A DNA stretch of 64,000 nt, from the NCBI GenBank assembly GCA_021161675.1, contig JAGHAF010000030.1:9376-73375 (forward strand), in the 5' to 3' direction. The notes beneath the pieces were generated by a model, which worked only from the letters and a program-made list of their open reading frames with translations, did not search any database and had not been told where the DNA came from. The DNA comes from Planctomycetota bacterium (lineage in GTDB: Bacteria > Planctomycetota > Brocadiia > SM23-32). This document shows positions 1 to 8,975 of the stretch, one piece after another (position 1 is the first letter of the stretch; each line of letters starts with the position of its first letter). Position numbers and translations under genes: made by a program.

Positions 1-263
1 TGCTGGCCTTCGCCGTACATGCCATTGGAGGGCTGCCGGAGTTCGGCGAACCCGTCATGGCTCGCGTGGCGGATGCGCCCGCCTCCTACTACCTGGAGAA
101 CGGGCTGAGCCAGACGGGATCGGCTAACATAGTGACCGCCGTGCTTCTGGACTTCCGCGGCTACGACACCCTTGGCGAGGCCACCGTGCTGTTCGGCGCG
201 ATTCTGGGCGCAATGACCTTGCTGCGCCGCAAGAGCAGAACTGACAAACCACGACAGGAGTAA
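1..263 (+). CDS. mrpA: Na+/H+ antiporter subunit MrpA/MnhA, C-terminal MnhB-like domain (partial; gene continues upstream of window)
   Basis: Open frame from nt 3 with no start in window. Motif GSANIVTAVLLDFRGYDTLGE is typical of the MnhB domain. Followed by mrpBCDEFG in canonical order. Confidence 0.7.
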   Translation, partial: LAFAVHAIGGLPEFGEPVMARVADAPASYYLENGLSQTGSANIVTAVLLDFRGYDTLGEATVLFGAILGAMTLLRRKSRTDKPRQE

Positions 264-269
264 CCGGCC

Positions 270-749
270 GTGAAAGAAACGAGCACAATAGTCAAGACCA
301 TTAGCCGGTGCGTGGTGGGGTTCATCTTCCTCTACGGCCTTTACATAGTCTGCTACGGTCATCTGACGCCGGGAGGAGGATTTACCGGCGGCGTGATCCT
401 GGCCTCGGCCTTTGTGCTCGAGATGCTGGCCTGGGGGAAGGAAGAGGCTCTGAAGAGTCTCCCCTTCAGACTGGCCAAGCCATTCGACAGCGCGGGCGCG
501 CTCGCTTTCCTCGTGCTGGGTCTGCTGGGGCTGCTGCTGGGTGGTGACTTCTTTGTGAACGTCATTCAGAAGGCTTACCCGGGCAAGCCGTTCTCCCTGT
601 TCAATGCCGGTATCATACCGCTGTGCAACATCGCCATTGCCATCAAGGTCTGCGCGTCGTTGTTCCTAGTAATACTGGTGCTCTCGGTGCTCCGGGTGGC
701 GGCCGGCGGCGGGACGGAAGATGACCTGACAACCCAGGAGGAGGAGTAA
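270..749 (+). CDS. mrpB: Na+/H+ antiporter subunit MrpB/MnhB
   Basis: GTG start with AGGAG 8 nt upstream. HLTPGGGFTGG motif and polytopic hydrophobic profile. Position in mrp operon. Confidence 0.75.
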   Translation: MKETSTIVKTISRCVVGFIFLYGLYIVCYGHLTPGGGFTGGVILASAFVLEMLAWGKEEALKSLPFRLAKPFDSAGALAFLVLGLLGLLLGGDFFVNVIQKAYPGKPFSLFNAGIIPLCNIAIAIKVCASLFLVILVLSVLRVAAGGGTEDDLTTQEEE

Positions 750-751
750 CT

Positions 752-1102
752 GTGCACTATTTCCTTTGCCTGCTGCTGCTGATGGTGGGACTTTTCGGGG
801 CACTGACGCAGAAGAACCTGATCAAGATCATACTCAGCGTCGCCATCATCGAGCACGCGGTGAATACGTTCCTCATCATGGTGGGATATCGCCATGATGG
901 AACGGCCCCGATCGTCGACCGGGCGCAGGTGGCAGGTTCCTCCTTTGCCTCCGGAGCGGTTGACCCACTGCCACAGGCGATGGTGCTGACGGCGATCGTC
1001 ATTAGCCTGGGCGTGCTGGCACTCATGGTGGCGGTGGCCATGCGGCTCTACCATACCTATGGCACTTACGATATCACGGAAATCCGAAAGCTGCGGGGAT
1101 AA
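752..1102 (+). CDS. mrpC: Na+/H+ antiporter subunit MrpC/MnhC (NuoK-like)
   Basis: GTG start after GGAGGAGGAG. 116 aa with three predicted TM helices. Synteny. Confidence 0.7.
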   Translation: MHYFLCLLLLMVGLFGALTQKNLIKIILSVAIIEHAVNTFLIMVGYRHDGTAPIVDRAQVAGSSFASGAVDPLPQAMVLTAIVISLGVLALMVAVAMRLYHTYGTYDITEIRKLRG

Positions 1103-1114
1103 GGAAGCGAGCCA

Positions 1115-2674
1115 ATGAAACTGTTGCCTTTAATGATTGCGATTCCACTCAGTGTGGCCTTCATCCTGCCACTGCTTCCGAAGAAGCGGCCCCGGATGGC
1201 CGACTGCCTGGCTGTCCTGGCCACGCTGGCCCTGCTCGCGCTGGCCGCCATGCTGATCGGCCAGAGCGGAGTTTACGCGCTTGGCGGCTGGCGCCCGCCG
1301 GTGGGCATCGTCCTGGTGCTGGACGGGCTCAGCTGGCTTGTGCTGATTACGGTGGCGCTGGTCAGCTTCCTCGTCACTGTGTTTTCGGCGCGCTACATGG
1401 AGCAGTACACCGCGCGGGGCCGATATTACGCGCTGTTCATGCTGATGGTGGCCGGTATGAACGGGGCTGTGCTGACGGGCGACATGTTCAACCTCTACGT
1501 TTTCATCGAGGTGGCCGCCGTGGCCTCCTACGCCCTGGTCGCCTTCGGCTGCCATGAGGAGGAGCTGGAGGCATCCTTCAAATACGCCGTGCTCGGATCC
1601 ATCGCATCCTCATTCATCCTCCTGGGGATTGCCCTGATGTACTGCCTGTTCGGCACAGTGAACATGGCCCACCTGGGGCAGAAAGTCAGCGCGTCCGGCC
1701 TGAACCGGGCGGCGATCTTCAGCCTCGTGTTATTCATAGCCGGCTTCGGCCTGAAGGCCGCGCTCGTGCCGTTCCACGCCTGGCTGCCGGACGCCCATCC
1801 CTCGGCGCCCGCGCCCATTTCCGCCATGCTCTCGGGCGTGCTGATTAAGGCCATCGGCGTTTACGCATTGATCAGAGTGCTTTTCAATGTGTTCGGCGTC
1901 ACGGCTCAGGTCGCCACGGCGTTGATGGTCCTTGGCACGATTTCCATGGTCGTAGCCATCTTGATGGCCCTCATCCAGTGGGACCTGAAGCGCCTGCTGG
2001 CCTACAGCAGCATCTCCCAGATCGGGTATGTCATGCTGGGCTTCGGCGTGGGAGGCGCTGTGCTGGCCGCCGGCGGCAGCCCGGTCATAGCTGCGCTGGG
2101 ATTCCTTGGCGCCCTGTTCCACCTGGTCAATCACGCCGTGTTCAAATCCCTGCTGTTCCTCAGCTCCGGCGCGCTCGAATACGCCACCGGCACCCGCCAG
2201 CTCAAGGAGATGGGCGGGCTCGGAAAAGAGATGCCGGTAACCGCCGGCGCGTCGCTGGTCGCCTCCTTGGCCATCGGAGGCGTGCCTCCGCTGAACGGCT
2301 TCTTCAGCAAGCTGATAATCATTCTGGCCTGCGTGAGCAGCGGACATTACGGCTTCGCTCTGGCGGCCGTGCTTGTCAGCATCTTCACCCTTGCCGTCTA
2401 CATGAAGGTGCAGAAATACGCGTTCCTGGGAAAACCGGCCGAAGGTCGGAAGTCCGTTCATGAAGTCCCCGCGGCAATGAGGATTCCAATGACATTGCTG
2501 GCCGTGCTGTGCCTGGGGATGAGCCTGATGCTGTTGCCAGGGCCGAAGAAGCGCGTCCTGGATCCGGCCGTGCAGGTCCTGATGGACCGCGACGCCTACA
2601 TTCAGAGCGTAATGGGCGTAGCGTCGGCTCTGGGCGCGGGGCAAGAGACGGACATGAAAATCGCGGAGAACTAA
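1115..2674 (+). CDS. mrpD: Na+/H+ antiporter subunit MrpD/MnhD (NuoL/M/N-family antiporter-like subunit)
   Basis: 519 aa. WLPDAHPSAPAPISAMLSGVLIKAIGVYALIR motif of the complex I antiporter-like family. Confidence 0.85.
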   Translation: MKLLPLMIAIPLSVAFILPLLPKKRPRMADCLAVLATLALLALAAMLIGQSGVYALGGWRPPVGIVLVLDGLSWLVLITVALVSFLVTVFSARYMEQYTARGRYYALFMLMVAGMNGAVLTGDMFNLYVFIEVAAVASYALVAFGCHEEELEASFKYAVLGSIASSFILLGIALMYCLFGTVNMAHLGQKVSASGLNRAAIFSLVLFIAGFGLKAALVPFHAWLPDAHPSAPAPISAMLSGVLIKAIGVYALIRVLFNVFGVTAQVATALMVLGTISMVVAILMALIQWDLKRLLAYSSISQIGYVMLGFGVGGAVLAAGGSPVIAALGFLGALFHLVNHAVFKSLLFLSSGALEYATGTRQLKEMGGLGKEMPVTAGASLVASLAIGGVPPLNGFFSKLIIILACVSSGHYGFALAAVLVSIFTLAVYMKVQKYAFLGKPAEGRKSVHEVPAAMRIPMTLLAVLCLGMSLMLLPGPKKRVLDPAVQVLMDRDAYIQSVMGVASALGAGQETDMKIAEN

Positions 2675-2676
2675 AA

Positions 2677-3186
2677 ATGCGTAAGATCTCCATGTTCGTG
2701 GTGTTGTACGTTGTCTGGTGCCTGCTGGTCTTCCCGTACGACCGGACAACGGGACAGTGGGACACCCAGAGCCTGCTGGTGGGACTGGTTGCCGCGCTGG
2801 TGGTGGTGGTGCTTTTCGGCAACGCGCTGCCCGATCGGTCCTGCTTTCTACTGGCCCCCCGGCGGTGGTTCTGGGCTCTGGTGTATATCCCGTTTTTCGC
2901 CTATTACTGCCTGAAGGCGAACCTCGAGGTGGCTTACCTTGTTCTTCATCCGGATATGCCCATCCGACCGGGCATTGTGAAAGTGCGCACCAGCCTGCGC
3001 ACCCGGGTTGCCATTACAGCCCTGGCTAACTCCATTACCCTGACGCCCGGCACCCTCACGGTGGATGCCGATGAAGATGGCACGCTGTACGTGCATTGGA
3101 TCGACGTGAAGTTCGCGGAAGACGACGAGGCCACGCGGGAGATCGTGAGCCGGTTCGAAGGCCATCTGCGCCGCATCTTCGAGTAA
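2677..3186 (+). CDS. mrpE: Na+/H+ antiporter subunit MrpE/MnhE
   Basis: ATG at 2677 three nt after the mrpD stop (the tracked ORF 2509.. is an upstream extension). 169 aa, N-terminal TM pair, synteny. Confidence 0.65.
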   Translation: MRKISMFVVLYVVWCLLVFPYDRTTGQWDTQSLLVGLVAALVVVVLFGNALPDRSCFLLAPRRWFWALVYIPFFAYYCLKANLEVAYLVLHPDMPIRPGIVKVRTSLRTRVAITALANSITLTPGTLTVDADEDGTLYVHWIDVKFAEDDEATREIVSRFEGHLRRIFE

Positions 3187-3210
3187 GAAAAAGAAGGCGA
3201 CAAATAGCTT

Positions 3211-3477
3211 ATGGAAGCATTTCTTTACACAGCGCTGGGTGTACTGGTAGCGACCTCCTACATGTGCCTCTACCGGATCGGAAGCGGGCCCACGGCGCCC
3301 GACCGCACCGTGGCCATTGACATCCTGGGAACGAGCCTGGTCGGCTTCTGCGCGCTGCTGTGCCTGCTAACCGGACGGGATTTCTACATGAACGTGGCCA
3401 TGGCGTGGGCGCTGCTCAGCTTCATCGGGACGATTGCGCTGGCCAAACACCTGGAAGGAATGGGATTCGATGAATGA
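3211..3477 (+). CDS. mrpF: Na+/H+ antiporter subunit MrpF/MnhF
   Basis: 88 aa, three TM helices, synteny. Confidence 0.65.
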   Translation: MEAFLYTALGVLVATSYMCLYRIGSGPTAPDRTVAIDILGTSLVGFCALLCLLTGRDFYMNVAMAWALLSFIGTIALAKHLEGMGFDE

Positions 3478-3811
3478 ATACATCGGCGTGGCTATAGTAA
3501 TCGTTGGGCTGGCGTTCGACGTGTTCGGGTGCGTCGGTCTGGTCAGGCTGCCGGATATCTACACGCGCCTTCAGGCAGCCACCAAGTGCGTTACCCTGGG
3601 CACTTGCATGATACTGATCGGGATAGCTATCTTGACGGGCCTGAACGCCACCGGGGTCAAGGCCCTGGTCTGCATGGCCTTCGTCCTGATAACCTCCCCC
3701 ACCGCCGCGCACGCCATCGCCCGTGGGGCCTACAAGTTCGGGGTCAAGCTGGAAGAACCGACCGTCGTTGACCGATATGCCGAGACCCAAACCGACGAGG
3801 GCAGGAGCTAA
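3470..3811 (+). CDS. mrpG: Na+/H+ antiporter subunit MrpG/MnhG
   Basis: Start MNEYIGV overlaps the mrpF stop. RLPDIYTRLQAATKCVTLG matches the MnhG signature. Confidence 0.7.
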   Translation: MNEYIGVAIVIVGLAFDVFGCVGLVRLPDIYTRLQAATKCVTLGTCMILIGIAILTGLNATGVKALVCMAFVLITSPTAAHAIARGAYKFGVKLEEPTVVDRYAETQTDEGRS

Positions 3812-3814
3812 CCG

Positions 3815-4408
3815 ATGCGCTTACCCAAACTGCGAGAACTCAAAGAAGCCATAACAGCCGTCCTGCGCGGCCCCTATACTGCCAGGTTCCCGGCGGAGCC
3901 CACCCCCCTGCCCGAGGCTTTTCGCGGCCAGCCCGTCTTCGACGAGGACGAGTGCGTCGGCTGCGGGGCCTGTTACGAAGCCTGCCCGCCAGATGCGATG
4001 GACCTGGTGGACGACGTCGAGGCCGGCGTACGCAGGATAACCATCCATCTGGACCGCTGCATCTTCTGCGGCCAGTGCGAGGCGAACTGCATCACGGAGA
4101 AAGGCATCAAGCTGAGCAACCATTACGATCTGGCCACCACCGACCGGGGCGAACTGCGCGAAAGCGTAGAAAAAGCGCTTTTGATCTGCGAGAGCTGCGG
4201 CGAGGTCATAGGACCGCGCGATCACGTCCGGTGGGTCGCCGAGCGGCTCGGGCCGTTGGGGTTCGCCAACCCCACGCTGCTGCTGACCGCGATGGAGGAC
4301 CTGGACGCGGCGGGTGGCGTTCCGACGCCCTCTGCCCACCTGCGCCGGGGCGACAAGCTGCGCATCACCTGCCCGAAGTGCCGCCAGGTTACATCCCTGC
4401 TCGCCTGA
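3815..4408 (+). CDS. NuoI/HycF/EchF-family 2x[4Fe-4S] ferredoxin-like subunit with extra C-terminal Cys pairs
   Basis: Two CxxCxxCxxxCP motifs (CVGCGACYEACP, CIFCGQCEANC). N-terminal RFPAEPTPLPEAFRG resembles the NuoI YPEEK..PRFRG loop. Extra CESCGEV...CPKCRQV near the C-terminus. Starts 4 nt after the mrpG stop. Confidence 0.8.
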   Translation: MRLPKLRELKEAITAVLRGPYTARFPAEPTPLPEAFRGQPVFDEDECVGCGACYEACPPDAMDLVDDVEAGVRRITIHLDRCIFCGQCEANCITEKGIKLSNHYDLATTDRGELRESVEKALLICESCGEVIGPRDHVRWVAERLGPLGFANPTLLLTAMEDLDAAGGVPTPSAHLRRGDKLRITCPKCRQVTSLLA

Positions 4409-4415
4409 GAGCTCG

Positions 4416-4934
4416 TCACCCCGATTCAGGAATCTTCAGCGCTTCAACGAGCGTCTCGACGGCCTTCTCCACCGCCCTGCTCACTTCATCGCTCATCTCA
4501 CTTCCCAGCGAGCAGTCGGCCGGCTCAGCCGCAAGCAGCAGGGGCCGGGCGCCGCACGCCGCCCGCAGGAACTCGGCCCCTACTGCGAGAGACGCCGAAT
4601 GAGTTGACATGTCGTCCTGGCGCAGCCGCTCCGGGCCCATGAGCCGAAGCGTGCCCGGCGGCCGGCCGCTGCGGACGGCGTCAACGAAGATGACGACCTC
4701 CGTGCCCAGCCTGGCAAGCCGTGGCAGTTCGTTCTCAGGAACGGCGCCGCCGTCCGCCACGAGGGCTCCGGTGCGACCGACAAGAGCCTGCGCCACGGAG
4801 GGGCCGAACCCGTCGTCGCCTCGCGCCACGTTGCCGACGCCGAGAATCGCGACGTGGCGCGGATCGGTCTTGCCGATCGCCTCGCGGAGCTGCGCAGCCA
4901 GCGATTTCGCTTCCATGCGGCGCGGCCTCCTCAT
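4416..4934 (-). CDS. [NiFe]-hydrogenase maturation endopeptidase (HycI/HyaD/HoxW family)
   Basis: ILGVGNVARGDDGFGPSVA motif, about 160 aa. Confidence 0.8.
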   Translation of the reverse strand: MRRPRRMEAKSLAAQLREAIGKTDPRHVAILGVGNVARGDDGFGPSVAQALVGRTGALVADGGAVPENELPRLARLGTEVVIFVDAVRSGRPPGTLRLMGPERLRQDDMSTHSASLAVGAEFLRAACGARPLLLAAEPADCSLGSEMSDEVSRAVEKAVETLVEALKIPESG

Positions 4935-5055
4935 GATGCGGGTTTAATAACTTACGGGAGAACTTCTACCACGGCGACACAACCAAGACAACGAAACGGC
5001 CCCGGCCGCCCGCCTTTGAAGGCGGGGGCCACCTGTAATAAACTGCACGTTTGCC

Positions 5056-5403
5056 ATGCATGAACTCAGCCTATCAGCGGGAATGCTCGACATCGCCCTT
5101 GAAGCCGCGAAGGCGCACGGCCACGCTTTGCGCGCGCTCAACATCAAGGTCGGCGCCCTGTCCAGCGCCAGCGCGGAGGCGCTCGACTTCTGCATGAAGA
5201 TGCTCCTCGATGAGAGAAGCATGGGGGATGTCGAGGTCCGAATCCGGGAGGCGCCGGCCCGGGCGCGCTGCGAATGCGGGTACGAAGGAGAGATCAAGAA
5301 CCTCTTTGAGGGGTGCCCGCGCTGCGGTGGCTTTCAGCGTGACATATTGGACGGCCAGGATGTCACTTTGGACACAATAGAGGTCGCAAATGACAAGGAT
5401 TAA
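5056..5403 (+). CDS. hypA: hydrogenase nickel incorporation protein HypA
   Basis: MHELSL start and C-terminal CxxC...CxxC zinc site. Confidence 0.9.
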   Translation: MHELSLSAGMLDIALEAAKAHGHALRALNIKVGALSSASAEALDFCMKMLLDERSMGDVEVRIREAPARARCECGYEGEIKNLFEGCPRCGGFQRDILDGQDVTLDTIEVANDKD

Positions 5404-6031
5404 GCTCAATCGGACAGCGCAAAGCCGGAACCAACCCGTCGCCGAGCAGAACCGGACCAAGTTCCAGGACGCCGGCGTGTTCGTGATGAACCTGATCGGC
5501 TCGCCCGGATGCGGCAAGACCACCATTCTAGAGTACACCGCGCGTCACTGTCCCGGCCAGTCAGCCGTAATCGTGGGCGACGTGAAGACCGCCCTCGACG
5601 CGGACCGTATCTTGCAGTGCGACATCCCGGCATACCCCATCGAGACCGGTGGCAGTTGCCACCTGTCGGCGCAGATGATCGCCGACACTATCGCCCGGCT
5701 CGATCTTGACCAGCTTGACTACCTGTTCATCGAGAACGTGGGCAACCTCGTCTGCCCCTCGACGATGGACCTGGGGGAGAACATCAAAGTCGGGGTTCTC
5801 AGCGTGCCCGAGGGCGACGAAAAAGTCCGGAAATATCCCGCCCTGTTCCTGCGGACCGAAGTGGTGTTCATCAACAAGGCCGACCTGCTCCCATACTGCC
5901 CATATGACGTAGAACGGGTCAAGGAAGACTGCCGCAAGGCAAGGCCGGACGTGAAGGTATTCGAGGTCAGCGCCGCGCAGGGGACCGGCTTTGGCCCGTG
6001 GATGGAGTTCCTGCGGCAACCTGACGTCTGA
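5390..6031 (+). CDS. hypB: hydrogenase nickel incorporation GTPase HypB
   Basis: GSPGCGKTT P-loop and G-domain length. No His-rich tract. Overlaps the hypA stop. Confidence 0.85.
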   Translation: MTRIKLNRTAQSRNQPVAEQNRTKFQDAGVFVMNLIGSPGCGKTTILEYTARHCPGQSAVIVGDVKTALDADRILQCDIPAYPIETGGSCHLSAQMIADTIARLDLDQLDYLFIENVGNLVCPSTMDLGENIKVGVLSVPEGDEKVRKYPALFLRTEVVFINKADLLPYCPYDVERVKEDCRKARPDVKVFEVSAAQGTGFGPWMEFLRQPDV

Positions 6032-6039
6032 GGGCAGGC

Positions 6040-8352
6040 GTGAATCATTCATCCGAAAGCACAGGCGCTTCACAGCGGCGAGTCCTGCTCAGGATCCGCG
6101 GCAGAGTGCAGGGCGTCGGCTTCCGCCCCACTATTTACCGGGTGGTCACGGCGCGCGGCTGCGCCGGCGCGATCCGCAACACGCCGCAGGGCGTCTTTCT
6201 CGATATCGAAGGCCCGGCAGGAGCCGTCACTGAGATCGTGGACGAGTTCCGGCGCATCATTCCCGAGCGCGCCCGTGTGGACGAACTCCTCATTGAAGAG
6301 GCCCAGCCGATGGGCCGCGATCGGTTCGTAATCGAGCCGAGCGCCACTTGCGGGGACAGCCTCCTGCCGATCCCACCGGACCTGGCCATGTGTCCGGCCT
6401 GCAAGGATGAACTGCATCAACCCGCTAACCGCCGGGCCGCCTATCCCTTCAACACCTGCACCGCGTGCGGCCCGCGTTTTAGCATCGCCCGGGCGGTGCC
6501 CTTCGACCGGCCGACAAGCGCCATGGACGAGTTCCCCCTCTGCGACGCCTGCCGCGCCGAGTATGAAGCCCCGGAGGACCGGCGTTTCCACGCGCAGACG
6601 ATGTCGTGTCCGCGTTGCGGTCCGTCCCTTACGTGGACGCCGAACCTGGACGAGTTGAAGTTCGAATCCTTGGCGCCGCTGGATGCCGCCCGCCGGGCGT
6701 TGGCGCGCGGGCGCATTGTGGCCGTCAAGGGCCTCGGCGGTTTCCATCTGGCCTGCGACGCCACGCGCGAGGAAGTCGTCGCAGAACTGCGCAAACGTAA
6801 GGAGCGCCCGCACAAGCCACTGGCTGTCATGACGCCGGACATCGAGAGCTGCCGCGGGTTGTGCATGGTAAGCCGGGGGGAGGAGGAGCTTCTGCGCTCC
6901 GCCTCCGCGCCTATTGTGCTCCTGAAGAAACGCCCTGCCGCGCCGCTTGCCGCAGGCGTCGCCCCGGGCCTCCGGCACGTCGGGGTTATGCTCGCCTATA
7001 CGCCGGTGCATCACATGCTTTTCGACGCGCCCGAGATGCCGCCCGCCCTCATTATGACCAGTTGCAACCGCGCGGACGAGCCCATCGCAATCAGCGCACA
7101 GGAAGTGCTCGAGAGGCTGGGCGACATCGCAGACGCCGTCCTCAGCAACGACCGGCCGATAATAAACCGCTGTGACGACTCCGTGTTCACCTTCCACGCG
7201 GGCGGCCCCGTCCCCATCCGGCGCAGCCGCGGATACGTGCCAGAGCCGATTCTTCTCGCCCGCGCGGGGCCTTCCGTTTTCGCCACCGGCGCCATGTGGA
7301 AGAACGCCTTCGCCCTGACCAGCGGCAGGCGCGCGTTCCTCAGCCAGCACATCGGGGACGTCTCCGACGCCGACAACGCCGCCCACTTCGAGGAAACGTT
7401 CCGCAGATTCTCCGCCCTGCTCAGGCTCGAGCCGGAGCTGATAGCCTGCGACCTGCACCCCGACTATCCGACCACGGCTTTCGCGCAACGCCTTGCCGAG
7501 GAACGCGGCCTACCGCTGGTCCAGGTCCAGCATCATCACGCCCACGTCGCCGCCACGCTCGCCGAACACCGCATCGAGGGGCGGGCAATCGGCGTGAGCA
7601 TGGACGGCGCCGGTCTCGGAGCGGACGGGGCGATATGGGGCGGTGAGTTCTTCATCGCGGACCAGGCCTCGTACGATCGGAAGTTCCACCTGCGCTACGT
7701 GCCCATGCCCGGCGGAGAGAAGGCCGTCCTCGAGCCCGACAGGATGGCCCTGGCGCACCTAACGGCGGCCGTCGGAGCCGACGAGGCCCGCGCCCGAATG
7801 CAACGATATCTCGGCCCTGAGAGGTGTGCCAGCCTGCTGGAGATCATGAAAAGGCGCCGCTACTCGCCGCCGACCTCAAGCTGCGGGCGCCTTTTCGACG
7901 CCGTCGCCGCGCTGCTGGACGTGCGCCACTCGATAACCTACGAAGGCCAGGCCGCCTGCGAGCTGGAGGCCATCACCGACGAAAGCGAACGCGGCAGCTA
8001 CGCCTTCTGCTACGATGGCGGCGAGATAGACTGCGCGCCGGTCTTCAGACTGGTCTGTGAAGACCTCGACGAGGGGACGAAGGCCCCTGTGATCGCCGCC
8101 CGATTCCACAACGCCGTGGTGGAGATGATCCGCGAGGGATGCCGCCGCCTGCGGGAGGAGACGGGAATCGTCCGGGTTGCCCTTTCCGGAGGGGTGATGC
8201 AAAACAGGCTCCTTGTCGACCGGACAGTGCCTGTCCTGCGCCAGGAGGGCTTCAACGTGCTGCTGCGCCGACGCGTGCCGCCTAACGACGGCGGCATCTG
8301 CCTCGGCCAGGCCGCCTGCGCCATAGCTCAACTTTCAACGACAGGGGGTTAG
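6040..8352 (+). CDS. hypF: carbamoyltransferase HypF
   Basis: 770 aa: acylphosphatase-like N-terminus, two CxxC zinc fingers (CPACK...CTACGPRF, CDACR...CPRCGP), YrdC-like and Kae1-like domains. Confidence 0.9.
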   Translation: MNHSSESTGASQRRVLLRIRGRVQGVGFRPTIYRVVTARGCAGAIRNTPQGVFLDIEGPAGAVTEIVDEFRRIIPERARVDELLIEEAQPMGRDRFVIEPSATCGDSLLPIPPDLAMCPACKDELHQPANRRAAYPFNTCTACGPRFSIARAVPFDRPTSAMDEFPLCDACRAEYEAPEDRRFHAQTMSCPRCGPSLTWTPNLDELKFESLAPLDAARRALARGRIVAVKGLGGFHLACDATREEVVAELRKRKERPHKPLAVMTPDIESCRGLCMVSRGEEELLRSASAPIVLLKKRPAAPLAAGVAPGLRHVGVMLAYTPVHHMLFDAPEMPPALIMTSCNRADEPIAISAQEVLERLGDIADAVLSNDRPIINRCDDSVFTFHAGGPVPIRRSRGYVPEPILLARAGPSVFATGAMWKNAFALTSGRRAFLSQHIGDVSDADNAAHFEETFRRFSALLRLEPELIACDLHPDYPTTAFAQRLAEERGLPLVQVQHHHAHVAATLAEHRIEGRAIGVSMDGAGLGADGAIWGGEFFIADQASYDRKFHLRYVPMPGGEKAVLEPDRMALAHLTAAVGADEARARMQRYLGPERCASLLEIMKRRRYSPPTSSCGRLFDAVAALLDVRHSITYEGQAACELEAITDESERGSYAFCYDGGEIDCAPVFRLVCEDLDEGTKAPVIAARFHNAVVEMIREGCRRLREETGIVRVALSGGVMQNRLLVDRTVPVLRQEGFNVLLRRRVPPNDGGICLGQAACAIAQLSTTGG

Positions 8353-8510
8353 GTATTTAGGCTATTAGACTATTAGTTACGGCAAAGCCAACGCTAAAGC
8401 CAACGGCAAAACTGTGGGCGGAAGCTTTCTTTTTCTGTTTTCATCCTTCATAATCTATCCTTCATCCTTCTGAAAGCGGTGCTGAGAGGTCCCTAAATAG
8501 CAGTTCACAA

Positions 8511-8724
8511 ACTTGCGACATCACATCTGGTGGGACCAGGCCGCCCGAGGCCGATCGGTACCCGTCCGCGTGGCCGGCCCGCCCACACACGGTAGGCGCG
8601 GCGTCCCCGCCGCGCCCGGGTCCGGCGGGGACGCCGGACCTACCGAAGGTGTTGGGTAAGCGCCGCGGGGCCGCGCTGCGGAGGCACTGAGCAGCATGTT
8701 GCATAATCATGAACTTGTATTTAG
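8511..8724 (+). promoter_or_regulatory. conserved element copy A upstream of hypC: conserved 5' block (ACTTGCGACATCACATCTGGTGGG), variable GC-rich hairpin interior, conserved 3' block (GCATGTTGCATAATCATGAACTTGTATTTAG)
   Basis: Termini nearly identical to copy B at 10153..10296. 5' TTGCGACAT can pair with 3' ATGTTGCAT as 8 bp with one G-U. Interior holds a strong hairpin GGCGTCCCCGCCG...CGGCGGGGACGCC. Confidence 0.5.
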
Positions 8725-8744
8725 ACGCTTAGAGTGAAAGAAAA

Positions 8745-8975
8745 ATGTGCCTGGCAATACCACTGAAGATAGTTGAAGTTGAGGGTCAAATCGGCAGAGT
8801 CAAACTGGATGCAACGACCCGCGAGGTGGGTCTCCAGTTACTTGACGACGCTCGCCCCGGCGATTACGTGCTTGTCCATGCCGGTTTCGCGATACAGAAG
8901 TTGGACGAGCAGGAGGCCGAGGAGACGTTGCGCCTGTGGGACGAGATGGCCCGCCTGGAATTGGGACAGCCATGA
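8745..8975 (+). CDS. hypC: hydrogenase assembly chaperone HypC
   Basis: MCLAIP N-terminus, 76 aa. Confidence 0.9.
   Translation: MCLAIPLKIVEVEGQIGRVKLDATTREVGLQLLDDARPGDYVLVHAGFAIQKLDEQEAEETLRLWDEMARLELGQP

Noticed and set aside
2509-2676. Upstream extension of mrpE ORF overlapping the mrpD 3' end
   Set aside because: The extension overlaps the mrpD coding end in another frame and is Arg/Gly-rich. The ATG at 2677 gives a typical MrpE N-terminal TM start.
4935-5055. GC-rich hairpin (GGCCGCCCGCC...GGCGGGGGCC) between the endopeptidase gene and hypA, considered as a terminator
   Set aside because: The flanking genes are divergent, so this is a shared promoter region rather than a terminator. 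The stem is short and imperfect.
6070-7488. 472-aa antisense ORF inside hypF, and similar long antisense ORFs (12007..13293, 15776..16843, 34633..35826, 37591..39039, 44045..45415, 60320..61288, 60870..61943)
   Set aside because: These are typical GC-rich shadow ORFs. They have Arg/Ala/Gly-biased composition and no recognizable motifs, and each fully overlaps a confidently identified gene on the other strand.
8353-8510. Short direct repeats (TATTAG, AAAGCCAACG, ATCCTTCA) considered as a CRISPR array
   Set aside because: Repeat units are 6-10 nt, irregularly spaced and without spacer-like unique segments. This is far from CRISPR repeat-spacer architecture.
8681-8705. Possible sigma-54 -24/-12 promoter (GGCAC...GCAT) inside the conserved 3' block of both hyp-upstream elements
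   Set aside because: In both copies the GG-to-GC spacing is one nucleotide shorter than the invariant sigma-54 spacing (GGCACTGAGCAGCAT versus GGCACG-N4-TTGCA). Not called as a promoter. Kept only as part of the conserved-element finding.
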